A DNA stretch of 64,000 nt from Octopus sinensis (GCF_006345805.1 NC_043006.1:82646001-82710000); one strand, 5' to 3'; shown: positions 25,575 to 40,279, counted from the stretch's first letter. Notes: a model not told the origin generated them from the sequence alone. Numbers and translations are program-made.

Positions 25575-26065
25575 ATTTCTGTGGAAATCACGGCCTACAA
25601 AAAGCAGAGACGTGGTATGAACAAACCCCAGAGGGAGTCACCGACAATAAATACTGCAAAATCCTGTGGGATGTAACGATCTAGTGCAATCACCTGACCA
25701 GACATAGGAAACCGGACATTGCTGTGGTGAATAAAAAAGAAAGAACATGTATGATTATCGACAACAAGATTAATGTGAAAGAAGAAGAAAAAAATAAACA
25801 ACTACGACGATTTAAATTGGGAAATATGAAGGTTGTGGTTAATTAAGAGAGTAGACGTGATACCAATAGTAATTGGTGCACTTGGAAGTATCGGCACTCA
25901 ACTAACAACATAGATGAAAAAGATTGGTGCAAGTGTGAAGGTAGAACACCTACAAAATCACTAGTGCTTGGAACTGCAAGAATTCTTCGCAGGGTTCTTG
26001 AAGCATGACCAGGAAACAAGTGTCACCTTAATCTGCTTGCTGTGGACACCTGGCACTTTCCATCA
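25575..26065 (+). mobile_element. Dong/R4-clade non-LTR 3' fragment (RLE domain)
   Basis: WYEQTPEGV...KILWD...RKPDIAVVNK...IPIVIGALG...LGTARILRRVL; adjacent to (TAA)n. Confidence 0.82.
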
Positions 26066-26094
26066 TACCCAGCAATATAAGCTTATTCTTTTAT

Positions 26095-26473
26095 TCTTTT
26101 ACTTGTTTCAGTCATTTGACTGCGGCTATGCTGGAGCACCGGCTTTAGTCCAACAAATCAACCCCAGGACTTATTCTTTGCAAGCATAGTACTTATTCTA
26201 TCGTCTTTTGCCAAAGTTACGGCGACGTTAACACACCAGCATCGGTTGTCAAGCGATGGTGGAGGGGACAAACAGAGACACACAAACACACACACACACA
26301 CATACACACACACATATATACACGATGGGCGTCTTTCAGTTTCCATCTACCAAATCCACTCACAAGGCTTTGGTCGGCCCGTGGCTATAGTAGAAGACTT
26401 TTGCCTAGTGGGACTGAACCCGAAACCATGTGGTTGGTAAGCAAGCTACTTACCACACAGCCACTCTTGCGCC
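26095..26473 (-). mobile_element. OR-like SINE
   Basis: tRNA-like head (gtggctgtgtggtaag...gggttcagtcccact) and LINE-like tail. Confidence 0.8.
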
Positions 26474-26573
26474 TACAGAATTCTTGCAGTTCCAAGCAAT
26501 GGTGATTTTGTAGGTGTTCTACCTTCACACTTACACCGATCTTTTTCAGCCATGTTGGCAGCTGTGAGTTTTC

Positions 26574-26615
<42 letters not shown>

Positions 26616-26939
26616 GTAATATTAAGTGCATATAAATAAAGACAAATTATTCACGGCTTGAATGCCTTTGAGCATTGCTCTGTTCATTCAGGATTAACCT
26701 GGCACAAGGAGAAACTGGTACATCTGGACTGAATGTTTAAACAGAGTAAGGGCAACCAAGGAGAAGGTTGTGGTGTTAAACTGGGTTTCTAACTCAGCCT
26801 AAGAACTACCCAATATTCATATGAATTAGTAACAGATAAATCAATATTTTTTATCAACTGGAATTATGCTGAATTTTTCGAAGAAGAAATTAAGTTCAAG
26901 ACACACTGATTACAATCCTAATTGGAGCTGTTTCATTTC

Positions 26940-27352
26940 TATTTCTTTACTACTCACTAAACACAGAGAGGACAAACAAGGACAGACAAACGGATTAGGT
27001 CGATTATATCAACCCCAGTGCGTAACTGGTACTTATTTAATCGACCCCAAAAGGATGAACGGCAAAGTCGACCTAGGCGGAATTTGAACTCAGAACGTAA
27101 CGGCAGACGAAATACCTATTTCTTTACTACCCACAAGGGGCTAAACACAGAGAGGACAAACAAGGACAGACAAGCGGATTGAGTCGATCATATCGACCCC
27201 AGTGCGTAACTGGTACTTATTTAATCGACCCACCCTGAAAGGATGAAAGGCAAAGTCAACCTCGGCGGAATTTGAACTGAGAATATAACGGCAAACGAAA
27301 TACCGCTAAGCATTTCGCCCGGCGTGCTAACGTTTCTGCCAGCTCGCCGCCT
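26940..27352 (-). mobile_element. Two tandem OK-like SINE copies
   Basis: Repeated core atcgaccccagtgcgtaactggtact...ggcggaatttgaact. Confidence 0.85.
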
Positions 27353-28103
27353 TTTCATTTCGTCTGCTTCGTTAAATATTCTTGAAACCTGAACATAAAA
27401 CAATCTCTACGCCTCAGCTTTACGAAGCGAACTCTGTTTTGTTTTTACCTTTCTTTTTTCTTTTTGTGCTATTTGGCATTAGGATGGGCATGCAGCTGTA
27501 CAAACCATGCCAAGGCAGCCATCGGAGCACGATACAGTCCTTGAATCCATTGGAACTTGTCAAACTACCCAACCTAAGCTAGAAAGGAAGAGGGTAAATT
27601 ATCTCAAATTGAGAACCTGGAAAAAATGCTTGTAACAGAGAAAATTCAATTTAAAGCACCTCAAGAATAGATGGTGGTATTGTTAAACCAATTCACCTAA
27701 GAACTCAAAATGCAAAGGTCCCTCATAAATCCCACTAAGCATCTCATCTAACACTTTGAAATTCTTCCAGTCTGTTATACAGGAATGGTGCTGTAATTTA
27801 TCAACCTTTAAAAAATGGAAAGCAAAATTGATTTTGGTATGACTTGATGTAAAAACACAATAGCCAGAACAAATTCCATGGTCTATGAGGAACTATTACA
27901 CAGTTTCCACTGCGATTCTCTGTCAGTCTGTTTAATGTTGTAGAGTAGAAGCAACAACCTTTCACAGAGTGAAGCAAATAATGCAGCTTTTCATTCCCAG
28001 TTGTAGTTGTTTCACTTCATGTCTCTTGTCAGCCTTTTATAATCATGTCCTTGTGTCCATGTAAAAGAAAAATCTATAATTTATTTGTTGAATATTACTT
28101 TAG

Positions 28104-28232
28104 ATTCATGAGCCAAATTCAGGTGAAGTGTAACAAAATAGCCCGCGTTGGTTCTCATGGAGACGGAGGATGGAATGTTTGTATGGATAATGGATATCAT
28201 CCTACGAAGCCTTGCTTGGTGTATGCATTTGG
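28104..28232 (+). CDS. Exon 3 of METTL24-like gene
   Basis: Acceptor ctttAG; (R)FMSQIQVKCNKIARVGSHGDGGWNVCMDNGYHPTKPCLVYAF(G); donor GTAAAT. RxGxxGDGGWxVC...CLVYxFG is the Methyltransf_22 signature. Confidence 0.92.
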
Positions 28233-28412
28233 GTAAATGAATTTCTACTGCCTTTATCAATGATTGAGATATTTTTATATTTTAAACTTTGTATATCTCT
28301 GAATGATTATAAGTATGTGTGTGTATATGTATGCATATGCATATATATTTATATATATACATGTGTGTGTATACATATATGTACTGTATATTTGTGTGTA
28401 CTTTATATATAT

Positions 28413-28444
<32 letters not shown>

Positions 28445-28460
28445 CATACATACGTGCATG

Positions 28461-28494
<34 letters not shown>

Positions 28495-28524
28495 TATGTA
28501 TGTATATATATATATATATGTATG

Positions 28525-28598
<74 letters not shown>

Positions 28599-28610
28599 CA
28601 TACGTGCATG

Positions 28611-28644
<34 letters not shown>

Positions 28645-28674
28645 TATGTATGTATATATATATATATATGTATG

Positions 28675-28725
<51 letters not shown>

Positions 28726-28727
<2 letters not shown>

Positions 28728-29825
28728 CATCATCATCATCATCATCATCATAATCATTTAACGTCTGTTTTCCATGCTGGCATGGGTTGGACGGTTTAAG
28801 AGAAACCTGGTAACCTGGGGGACTGCACCAAATTTAAATCTGACTTGGCATGGTTTCTACTGCTGGATGCCTTTCCTAATGTCAACCATTACAAGAGTGC
28901 AGTGGATGCTTACGTGCCACCGGCACGGATGCCAGCCATGAAACATCGGCATCGACTACGACTACGACTACGATCTCATTTGACTTGAGAGGTCTTCTCA
29001 ATCACGGTATATTGCCAAAAGTCTCAGCCACTTGTCACTCCCTCCGTGGAACCCAAAGTTAGAAGGGTGCTTTTTACGTACTAACGGCGCGGCTGCCACA
29101 TATGCGATACTGACATCGGAACGCGATTACGAATACATTTCGCCCGACGGGTCTTCTCAAGCACAGTATATCACCTAGCGTCTGCAGGTACTTTTTACAT
29201 GCCATTGACACGAGCACCTATTTCTTTATTACCCACAAGGGGATAAACACAGAGGACAAACAAGGACAGACAAACGGATTGTCGATAATATTATCGACCC
29301 CAGTGCGTAACTGGTACTTATCTAATCGACCCCGAAAGGAAGAAAAGCAAATTCGACCTCGGCGGAATTTGAACTCAGAACGTAACGGCCGACGAAATAC
29401 GCTACGCATTTCGCCGGCGCCCTAACGTTTCTGCCAGCTTGCCGCCTTTCACGAGTACCAGTTACACGACTCTGGCGTCAGCCACAACTGCGATTTCACT
29501 TGGCTCGACAAGTCTTCTCAAGCACAGTATATCGCCAAAGATCTCGATCACTTGTCATTGTCTCCATGAGGCCTCAATGTTCGAAAATCATGCTTCATTA
29601 CCTCGTCCCATGTCTTCCTGGGTGTACCTCTTTCACAAGTTCCCTCCAATATTGACACTTCACACAACTGTCCTCGTCCACACGTATTACATGACCATAC
29701 CAGCGCAGTCATCTCTCTTGCTCACCACACTGTGATACCTCTTATGCTCAATTTTTCTCTCAAGATTACTTACACTCTGTCGTACATGCACACTGACATT
29801 GCACATCCAGCGAAGCATACTAAAG
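28726..29825 (-). mobile_element. RTE-type 3' region with tandem 3' UTR repeats and (GAT)n tail, interrupted by an OK-like SINE (29220-29447)
   Basis: LRWYGHV-like coding remnant near 29680-29720; opposite-orientation relative at 36640-37205. Confidence 0.7.
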
Positions 29826-29839
29826 CCTTTTGATTCTAG

Positions 29840-30457
29840 ACCTTGTTGTGTCTGGGGAGAGTCATTCTATTTTGTACCTTATTATTTAACACACTCACCG
29901 GTTCTGTTTCCACTTAATTTACTAATTTATTTTTTTCAAAATTTTCGCTGCTTCCTGCAACCCTTTCAATAGTCGTTGATTCTGACCGTTCTCTGAGTTG
30001 CATTCTTTTTGTTTGTTTGTGCGCATGTGCGTGGGTCAGTGTGCGTGAGCATACACATAAGTATACATGTATGTATGAATGTATGTATGTATGTGTGTAT
30101 GTGTATACATGCATATATGTATGTATGTGTGTACGTTTGTATGTATGTATTCGGCATATTCATGTGTTTGTGTGTTCGTGTGTATGTGATTTTATGTGTG
30201 TGTGTGTATGTGTGTGTATGTGTGTGTATGTGTGTGTGTGTGTGTGTACCTCTGTCTCCTTGTGTGTGTATGTCTGAGTGTGCTACTTCACACAAGGGCA
30301 CATATGGAGACACACATCCAAACATAACAGACGCACGTACATAGTCACAAAACCCCATACTCAGACACACTCAGACATGCACACACATACGCACATGCAA
30401 ACACACAAACACATGAACATGCAGAATACATGCATACAAACGTACACACACACATAC

Positions 30458-30492
<35 letters not shown>

Positions 30493-30529
30493 TATATGCA
30501 TACACAAACACGCATACATACACACATGC

Positions 30530-30578
<49 letters not shown>

Positions 30579-30628
30579 TATGCATACTCACACATGCATA
30601 CATACACACATGCTTACATACATACATA

Positions 30629-30700
<72 letters not shown>

Positions 30701-31397
30701 CAACTTAGTTTGATTTGAAAACCCCACTAGAATGGGAGAAAGCGCTAATACATGATCTAAGTTATCTATATATATAAAACTGTAGTTGTGTGAGTGTCTG
30801 TCCCCTTCGATTTAGATTCCTAACTACTCCCACATTTTGCGATGCAGTTTAACCAAATTCGGGTATCTTATAGTCGTGATTCATATCGAGCCCGTCTGAG
30901 TATTAGCGCGCGTCTACGATGAGTCTACGATTTTAAAAATAATTTAACATAATTTTTATTCCATTTTAATGCATAATTTTTCGTGTGTCGATGGCGGCGG
31001 AGTTGGCGTCCATGGTCACACCTGCACCTGTTTGCTTCTCCCCCTTCTTCCCTCCCTCGTGAAGCTGTGGGGAAGGGAGTGTAAGGAAATCAACGGCGTA
31101 AAGCGTTGTCAAGGAGACCAGCATTCTTTTAGAACAACGACTTCATGGCTTGAAGACACCAAAACAGAAATGGCTAAGAAAGCCCGAATTGGCATCTATA
31201 AGGGAAGTAACTCTCTAAAAATGCTTATATAGTTATTTCCCTTACAAACCCGAGCAACGCCGGGCGATACTGCTAGTATGATATATTTAAAAAAATGTAA
31301 TATACAAATAAATATCTGTAAATATAAACCATCCGATTTTCTGAGTACCTCATTTCTTCTAATATATAATACCCGTACATCATCTCCAAACCTTCCA

Positions 31398-31445
<48 letters not shown>

Positions 31446-31485
31446 GTGTATATATATATATATATAATATATATATATATTATAT

Positions 31486-31517
<32 letters not shown>

Positions 31518-31532
31518 CATACATACATACAT

Positions 31533-31565
<33 letters not shown>

Positions 31566-31792
31566 TATATATATATGCATACATACACACATGCTTACAT
31601 AAATACATATGTGTATGCACACGCACACTGACCCACACACATGCGCGCACAAACAAACAAAAAGAACGCATCTCGGATAACAGAGTCAACGACAATTGAA
31701 AAAGTTGCAAGCCGCCACGAAAATTTTTAGTAAAAATAAAGAAATAAACGAGTGGAAACTGAATAGAGAATCAGTTTTCCCAGACACAACAA
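29840..31792. repeat. Diverged inverted repeat pair (about 29840-30060 / 31605-31792) of the family also at 10690-10880
   Basis: tgtgtctgggga...caatagtcgttgattctg...gtgggtcagtgtgcgtg matches its reverse complement. Confidence 0.7.
30765..31276 (+). mobile_element. Non-autonomous Helitron
   Basis: 5' TCTATATATATAAAA, 3' hairpin cccgagcaacgccggg followed by CTAG, inserted between A and T with no TSD. Confidence 0.85.
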
Positions 31793-31889
31793 AATATGCT
31801 TCAATACACGAACTCACATAAAGAATCTTGCAAACTAAATCCAAAAACGAAATGTATGTGTGTATATGTATGTACACTTTTACTCTTTT

Positions 31890-32200
31890 ACTCTTTTACT
31901 TGTTTCAGTCATTTGACTGCGGCCACGCTGGAGCACCGCCTTTGGTCGAGGAAATCGGCCCCCAGGACTTATTCTTTGTAAGCCTAGTACTTATTCTATC
32001 GGTCTCTTTTACCGAACCGCTAAGTTACGGCGACGTAAACACACCAACATCGGTTGTCAAGCACAGACACACAAACACACACTCATATATACGCATATAT
32101 ACGACGGGCTTCTTTCAGCCCAAGGTGCCACGCAATGGGACTGAACCCGGAACCATGTGGTTGGTAAGGAAGCTACTTACCACACAGCCACTCCTGTGCC
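31890..32200 (-). mobile_element. OR-like SINE
   Basis: Same family as 26095-26473. Confidence 0.8.
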
Positions 32201-32488
32201 TATATGTATGTATGCAAATTTTGTACATTAGATGTTCTTAGCCCTTAACCATTTCCAGGTAAGGTATTATTTCCTTATTCCCAGGCATTTTTACACAGAA
32301 GAATGAAAATAAAAGACACCGCATGTATGACAGTGATACTTGTTTACACCTATCATGCCAAGTCAAGAAAAAGTGACACATGCACACACACACACACACC
32401 ACACACACACACACACACACACCACACACACACACACACACAATACGCAAACATACATAAATATCATATACATATTGTCTTTCAACAG

Positions 32489-32563
32489 AATTGGTCTTGA
32501 CTCAAGTTTTGATGTTGAGATGGATGCATACTATGGATGTGAAGTACATTCTTTTGACCCATT
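32489..32563 (+). CDS. Exon 4 of METTL24-like gene
   Basis: Acceptor ttcaacAG; (G)IGLDSSFDVEMDAYYGCEVHSFDP(F); donor GTAAGT. SFD...GCEVHSFDP motif. Confidence 0.93.
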
Positions 32564-32606
32564 GTAAGTACTGGTTTCCTATAGCAACAACAGCAGCAGC
32601 AGCAGT

Positions 32607-32677
<71 letters not shown>

Positions 32678-33830
32678 CGTACTTATCTCTGTGCCATCTT
32701 AGTTGTGTTATATTTAGTTCAGTTTGTTGGGAGTTGCTTTTGTTTAAAGCCAGATCAGCCGCGATCAACTAGGCCTAGGCTTTCCAGTAATGACCATCCC
32801 ATCTTTTCTTATTTATATCTACGACTGCATTGTCTAATGTGTGGTCTTTGGTATCTGTATTTCTTAAGACTGTAGATCGATTTGTGGCAGATTTTACTGC
32901 TACATCTCTCGTTGAGGAAGCGCATAGAGGTTCCCTATGCCACTTTTCGCTCTCACAAGCTGCTAGAAATTAGAGCAAAAACTTCCTTTCATAGTTGAAA
33001 TTGTTGTGAAGTGTTATTATTCTCCTTTAATCTGGTCAACCAAGTTGGTTGTGGATATACTGGGGCACTGTTGTTTTATTAACGTTTGGAGTGATGAGAA
33101 GCCCATACACAGTTGTGCAACCTGCAAGACATAGCAGACAAGCTTTCCTCAAACCACACTCAACCATCTTAACAGAAATAAAAAACACATAGGTGATAAA
33201 TGTAGTTATATCACAGATAGTTCTAAAAATGGGAATGCCATATTTGGAATGTCTTTCTTTATAGATCTAATTGATTAAGACTGTTCAAGATGCTGAATAT
33301 ATTTCAGAAAACTGTGATGTAACATCGTTTTCTTTTCAGGTTTTGTTTCATTTACTGAACTACGACCATGCTGAAGCATTACCATTAAGGATGTTTTTAG
33401 GGGATTATATTGACCCCGGAACTTTGTATGCTAATTAATTTAAGGACCCTACAAAACAGAAGATGTAAATCTAATATTTATTGTAAGAGGATGATATTTC
33501 AATCACAACTAAATGCCACAAGACATTGCTATTTCAATTTACTAGTCATTACTCCTCACTGATATAAGCGTATTTTCTCTTTCAAATCACACTTGATTAT
33601 TTTTAAAAAGGAACTTACAAGATTATGTAGTTATATTTGAAATGTGCCGAGCCAAAAGAAGAAATTGTCACGGCTGGAAAGCCATTGATGATAGTTGTAT
33701 TCAATCATGGATGACTTAGAGCTCAACAAGAACAGAAGCAACTTGTTTATTAGCCAGAGTAATGTTCCTTACCCAAGAGTTCAATGCAATGATCTGTGTT
33801 ATTTGTTTTAGCTGTTGGTGTATGTATTTC

Positions 33831-34804
33831 GAGTGTGGGACAAAAACTTCACTAGGACAAATACCCCCTAGGACAAAACCCCCTGGGACAAAACCCCAGT
33901 AGTTAAAGTGTGAAAGCGGACAAAACACACCCCGGTTATATTTTCCGTGGCCACGCTGGGGTACCGCCTTGAAGAATTTTTAGTTGAACGTATCGACCCC
34001 AGAAATATTTTTTCTTTTTTACACGATGGGGCAGCACCATGAAAAATTTTTAGATGATTGTATCAAACCCAGAAATTTTTTAGGTGATTTTCAGTTAAAC
34101 CTAGACGGTCTCTCCACATACTAGAAATAACAATCACATTTCTTGAATTTCAAATTTCTTGAATTTCACGTAAAAAAAAAAAAAAAACGGAACTTGCGAT
34201 TGCAAAAAACTTTTATTTTCAAAAATTCCAATTTTTAAGCAAACAAAAATATATTCAATCAAAAATAAATAACCAGAATAGAATTACAGAACACAAGACT
34301 CTTTGCTACTCTATGCACATGTTGTCTGAATTCTAACAAATGTGAAGAAAGATAGAAACGATAACCAGTACGTTTGGACGACTAACTTTCGGCGCCGTAA
34401 TTCTCTTAGACTTTCAGCGGCCGGAGGAAGTTCAAAAGGTCAGTGCATTCTCATTTATCTCTAAGTGCAGAGAGAAAACAAAACACTTTAAATTTAAATT
34501 TAAAAATTCTTCAAGGTGGTACCATAGCATGGCCATAGTCTTGACTGAAACAAGTAAGAAAATAAAGAAATTCTGGGAACAATACAATCGACTAAAAATT
34601 CTTCAAAGCGGTGCCCCAGCATGGTCACAGTCTAATGACTGAAACAAGTAAAAAAGAGAAAGATGAAAAAAAAAAACCCCGAAAAATAACCCCAAAATAT
34701 AATCGAGTGGGTTTTGTCCGTTTTTGCACTTTAATTAACGGAGTTTTGTCCTAGAGGGTTTTGTCCAAGGGGGTTTTGTCCTAAGGGGGTTTTGCCCGGA
34801 TCCC
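33831..34804. mobile_element. Mutator-like MITE with inverted arrays of GGACAAAACCCC subterminal repeats
   Basis: Inverted ends of about 100 bp; 9-bp direct repeat atgtatttc at 33822-33830 and 34805-34813. Confidence 0.78.
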
Positions 34805-35002
34805 ATGTATTTCATAATTAGAAAAGCTAGCTCATGTCAATGTGCTAGAGCTGGAGTTCATGAAGTAGGTTACTTAGATTTAGTTTCATGTAATTATTTA
34901 ATTGTGAGATAAATTGTCATATAGGACAGGGCAACCAGTTCTGCAGAGAACTTTCTCTACGAAAATTTGGTATTCCCTATGCTGAATATGGGTTGGATGG
35001 AA

Positions 35003-35215
35003 GGCGGCGAGCTGGCAGAAACGTTAGCACACCAGGCGAAATGCTTACCGATATTTCGTCCGTCTTTACGTTGTGAGTTCAAATTCCGCCAAGGTCGACT
35101 TTTCCTTTCATCCTTTCGGGGTCGAGAAATTAAGTTCCAGTTGCGTACTGGGGTCGATCTAATCGACTGGCGCCCTCCCCAGAATTTCGGGGCCTTGTGC
35201 TTAGAGTAGAAAAGA
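35003..35215 (+). mobile_element. OK-like SINE variant
   Basis: Same head and core as 10275, different tail. Confidence 0.75.
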
Positions 35216-35889
35216 ATGTGGGTTGGATGGGTATCATCACCAATTGCGGTCTTTTATTTTACGGAGACCTGTGTTCTGAGATCAGACCTCTTCACTGCTT
35301 CTCAAGCTTCCTTGCTCTTTCTCTCCTACAGTTTCCTTACGCTTAAATTGTTTGATATGTTTTTGTCTATTATATGTGTGCAGGTATGGGTGAGGAGTTT
35401 GTATGCATTGGATTGAGTGTGTGACGCATATAAACGTAAATGGATAGCCAAGTGTTGAAGTTCTGAAAAGATGACTTTCCCATTACATATATGAAGGAAT
35501 GTAGTACAAAATTCCGTTTTTGGTCACTTTCTGCTTTTGATGATGATAAAAAAAAAAAGACCCCAACTAACCAGTCCCGGGTAGTAGGTTCAAAGAATTG
35601 TTAGAAACGTAGAGAAGATGTGGATGAGATGTTATGGTAAAGCCGTTAAGATGCAGGTTATTTGTTATCGCTGTTTCGACACTGACTTCTTTAACATGAA
35701 ATGTTACAACATTTCTTTCATTTTAATATTTATTTCAATTCTTAAGACCTTCAAATCTGATAGGAGAAAAAGAAGTTATTTTCAAACCCTTAAGGACTTG
35801 GTGGGGATGTTCACTCATTTGTTACCATATTTCTGTCCAAGTAAACTGATTTTTATTCAATTTTTCCCCATGTTTTGCTGTCTTCACAG

Positions 35890-36025
35890 TGTACCTGTAT
35901 CACAAATTCCATATCTTCTATCTTTGAATTACCATGCAATTGGAATAAGTGGCAAAACAGGTATTGTCAACGGCACCCAACTTATGACGCTTTTAGATAT
36001 CCGCAAGCACTTAAATCACACTAAG
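35890..36025 (+). CDS. Exon 5 of METTL24-like gene
   Basis: Acceptor tcttcacAG; (F)VPVSQIPYLLSLNYHAIGISGKTGIVNGTQLMTLLDIRKHLNHTK; donor GTGAGT (phase 0). Confidence 0.88.
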
Positions 36026-36043
36026 GTGAGTGTTCCTTCCATC

Positions 36044-36082
<39 letters not shown>

Positions 36083-36297
36083 TATATATATGTATGTATG
36101 TATGTATATGTATTTATATGTATTTATATAAATAAGGATAAGATCATTATTTAAATAACTATCAAATCAAGTGACAGCATGCGAACAAAAACCTTATAGG
36201 ATACAAATTATTATTAAAATTATGAAGTTTTAGAGTCAGATTTGGACTGCTATTTCAAGCATGGTGGTATCTCTTAGATACCCTTATTTATAATTTA

Positions 36298-36331
<34 letters not shown>

Positions 36332-36383
36332 TATATATGTGTATATATTAATATGATTATTGAGACAAAGTCAAATTATGGTC

Positions 36384-36449
36384 ATAGAGTTACCAATGGT
36401 TTCGTATCCACGAAAGCCGCAGACTTCTAGACAACTCGTCAGACTCTAT
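36384..36449 (-). ncRNA. Type I hammerhead ribozyme
   Basis: Minus strand: atagagt-CUGACGA-(long stem II)-GAAA-ccattg-GUA-actctat; perfect 7-bp stem I. Confidence 0.85.
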
Positions 36450-37431
36450 ATAAAGACAAAATTTAACTTTGTATCATGTGAACGTGAAGAAACGCTAGGA
36501 TAACGAGATTTAACGGTTAACGTATAAATGCGTTAATGAGGACGGTTTACCTCCCTTGGACAAAGGAATTAAAAACCTTTTCAGACCCGTAATAGTCTAA
36601 CCAGCTCTGTGAAGAAGTACCGATTCTTGACGGTTGAATGAATTTGTGGAAGAGGTAGATCCTGAGAGATATGGAACGAGGTGGTGAAGCATGATCTTCG
36701 AACGATGTGAGGCAATGACAAGTAACCGTGACATTTGACGATATACTGTGCTTGAGATGACCTGCTAAGCCAAGTGAGATCGTAGTCATGATGATATGCC
36801 GTGCTTGAGAAGACACGTCAGGCCAAGTGAAATCGTAGTTGTGGCCGGTGCCTGTGTCGCGTAACTGGCACCCGTGATGGTGGCACGTAAAGAGCACCCT
36901 TCAAACGTTCAGCCTCAAAGAGGCAGTGACAAGTGACCGAGACCTTTCACAACATACAGTGCTTGAGAAGACCTGTTAAGCCAAGTGAGATCGTAGTCAT
37001 GGCCAATGCTGGTTTAATGGCACCTGTACTGGTGACACATAAGAAGGACCCACTATACTCTCAGAGTGGTCGGCGTTATGAGTGGTAACAAGCTGTAGAA
37101 AGCATTCCAAATGAGATTGGAACCTGGTGCAGCTTACCAGTTTTCCGTGAAAACGTCCAACCTATGCCAGCATGAAAAACTGACGTTAAATGATGATGAT
37201 GATAATGATAGAGTATATAGTGTATATATTCTGAGACCACCTTCGGTCACGACACAGACCATGAGATTGCACCTAGGAAGTTACCTTCCAAGGTACAAAA
37301 CCGGGCAAGGTTGTTTATGGAAGACCAGCAGTCGCACATGCATACCGGCCTCCTCCTCTCCACGACACCAGAGTTATCCACAGGAAAGGCAACGGCCGAT
37401 ACAGCTTGGCACATGTGACGCATTTCTACTC

Positions 37432-37462
<31 letters not shown>

Positions 37463-37734
37463 ATCCTAAGCCAGTTGTCAAGTATCCCACGTGTAAGGAG
37501 TCGATGGTAGATGAGTCGAAACAATTGTAGTTGTTAATAATAAGCATCGTTGTATCTTCCATCTTCTGTCTCTCTCATTTTTCAAATACACACACTCACA
37601 TACGCACACATAAATATATGTATGTGTGTGTATGTTTATGTGGGTCTATATATGTTTATGTATGCATATATATATGTATATGTATGTATGTATATATATG
37701 TAAGAAATTAAAAAAGGAAAATACGTACACTTAC

Positions 37735-38320
37735 ATGGTTTTAATATAATTTTTAATATATCGGTCGGTTTTGCTATCGCTATTCATGATATAATGTTTA
37801 ATTTATATGAATATATATTTTTTCTTAAGAAGAAATTTGGTCCATGTTGTTTGTGATGAAATTCATGAGTGAATGACGTTACAAGTAGACAAATAAAGGG
37901 AGGTAATTGGTTGTTATTATTGTTATTGTTGTGTGTAAGGTTTTGGGTGGGGAATAAATATGTGTAAAGAAAAGAGACAGGTTAAAACAAAAGGGACCTT
38001 GTTTAGTAGGGGATTTATGTACAGTGATGTAATATGTAAAAATATAAAAGTTGGTTATGCGTGCATATTAAGACGTGTTTTGTATTTTTCAATGAAAAAA
38101 GTTTCTTTATTTAAGCGTTCTAGTTGAGAGCTTGCGTCTTTGCACTGGTAGAAAGGGAAGATTGTGAAATTTGGTTTGATGTTACCTGCACATTTTTCTA
38201 TGTGTTCACTAAGAGGAATTTGTCTGTATTGCAGAGTGATTCTCTTCCTCAAAGTGAAACTCGTTTGTCCAATGTACTGATGACTGAAACCCGAGCAGGT
38301 TATTACATAAATTAAGTTAT
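37735..38320 (-). mobile_element. Penelope-like element 3' fragment (GIY-YIG endonuclease)
   Basis: NLIYVITCSGFSHQYIGQTSFTLRKRITL...LSEHIEKC...RLNKETFFIEKYKTRLN. Confidence 0.8.
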
Positions 38321-38356
38321 TATATATATATATTAGGTTATTATATATATATTAGG

Positions 38357-38426
<70 letters not shown>

Positions 38427-38616
38427 ACAAAGGGTAAAATTAATTAATTAAAAAGTTATCAGTAATTTCACCAAGCAAATTTCGGCATGAAAAAGACCAT
38501 TTCATGGTAAGCTTAAGTAAGCCCCTTTTAAAGTAGAAGGAATAGCGAAGATTTTTTGACTGCTATTTCTAAACTTCTGTATGTGGTGAAGCAAATCGTT
38601 ACTGAACCCTATTTAT

Positions 38617-38679
<63 letters not shown>

Positions 38680-38682
<3 letters not shown>

Positions 38683-39845
38683 TAGATAAACTTAGATATG
38701 TTTCGATCACAGATTGGTCCAGGCCATGTCTAACTTAATAGCACCACTTGATAGGATTATTTGAATCCTGTTTAAGTCAAGTTTTGTTTATGGTCCATTC
38801 AAGTAGTGAGTTTTTGTTGGGTGAGTTGTATTCAATCATGGGTGGCTTATCTGGTATTCCTTGAAGGAATCTATCCAGACTCCGTTTAAAGTTGATGGGA
38901 TCCTTTTCCTCTTTGATCACTTTCGGGACAATGTTAAATAGGGCAGGGCCTGTTGAGGAAAAGAAATTATGTTGCAGTCTACATGTATGCTGTGATCTTG
39001 AATTGGGCAGGGGACGTATGGACCGTGGTCCCAGTCTTGGATGAACCTTGAAGCTAATGATCAGGTCATTTGGGCAAAGTTGGCGGTATATTCTCCACAT
39101 CGTACAAATGATATACTGCTCACGGTGACGCTGGAGAGAGTAGAGTTTCAAGGCTTTAAGGCGATCCCAATAATCGAGAGCAGCCACGCCTTCAATTCGT
39201 TTAGTGAGTGCCCTCTGGGGTGATTCAATCCTCGAGATGTTTTGTCTTGTATGGGGAGACCACAGTGGGCAGCAGTATTCGAGGTGTGGCCGTACAAAGG
39301 AGGAGAAAAGTGGTATGATGACACCTTGTTCTCTGAACCGGAAAGTTCTTAAGATCCAGGAACTCATCCTACGAGCTATATCGACCTTATTGTTGATGTG
39401 TGCACTCCAACTGAGATCGTCATCAACAATTACACCCAGGTCTCTGATATTGTTAGAGGCTGTGAGCGGTTCCCCTGAAGGAAGAGAGTATGGCTGTTTT
39501 AGTGAGGAATTTCTTTCAAAATGTATCAGCTCAAATTTTCCCTCGTTCAGTTGCATTTTGTTTCTGTCTGCCCATTGACTCACAGCATATAGATCAGACT
39601 GGAGTTGAGTTCGGTCTGCTTCTTCATTGACGACTTGCTGGAGCTTAGTGTCATCAGCAAATATTTTCATTTTGCAGTAATGTACGACACTGGAAAGGTC
39701 GTTTATTTAAATTATGAAGAGTAGCGGGCCCAAGACAGTCCCCTGGGGGACACCGCTGGTGAGTTTTGCTGGGCTTGAGTGGACTCCATCAACTACAACA
39801 TGTGTTCTATTAGCCAGGAAATACTTAATCCAGTGTAGAACTTTT
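38680..39845 (-). mobile_element. CR1/L2-group LINE 3' half
   Basis: SGVPQGTVLGP, IFADDTK, RDLGVIVD, VRPHLEYC. Confidence 0.93.
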
Positions 39846-39857
39846 CCACGGTTTTGG

Positions 39858-39907
<50 letters not shown>

Positions 39908-40279
39908 GTTCTCTCACTCTGCATCTTTCCTCCTGCATCTAGCAGCTCACCTGTGACGGACAAGCGTCCCGTCCAGGTGGGGAACCTTTACGTTAAGGAA
40001 ACCGGAAACCGGCCCTTATGAGGTAGGCATGGCCCGTGAAGGAACAAACAACAACAATATTTTTTGTATGTCGACTTGCCTAACTTGCTTGTCCTTGTAA
40101 TTACTCCTCTATCTGCTCAAGTTCAAATCTCTTGAGTAATGCAAAGTGTGTCCTATATATAGACTACTTGTCTCTAATCTATAAACTATTCATATATACT
40201 GAACTAAAAAAGAAGCGTCGCACTGTAAAAGATTATTTGTTTCACACATGATATTGAGATTATATGGATTTTATCACCT

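Noticed and set aside
33837-33915. Short spaced repeats resembling a CRISPR array
   Set aside because: Eukaryotic context, spacers only a few nt, mirrored at 34710-34800 as transposon subterminal repeats
35618-35889. Upstream in-frame extension of exon 5 in the ORF track
   Set aside because: A strong acceptor at 35889 in the correct phase explains the exon; the upstream part is pyrimidine-rich intron
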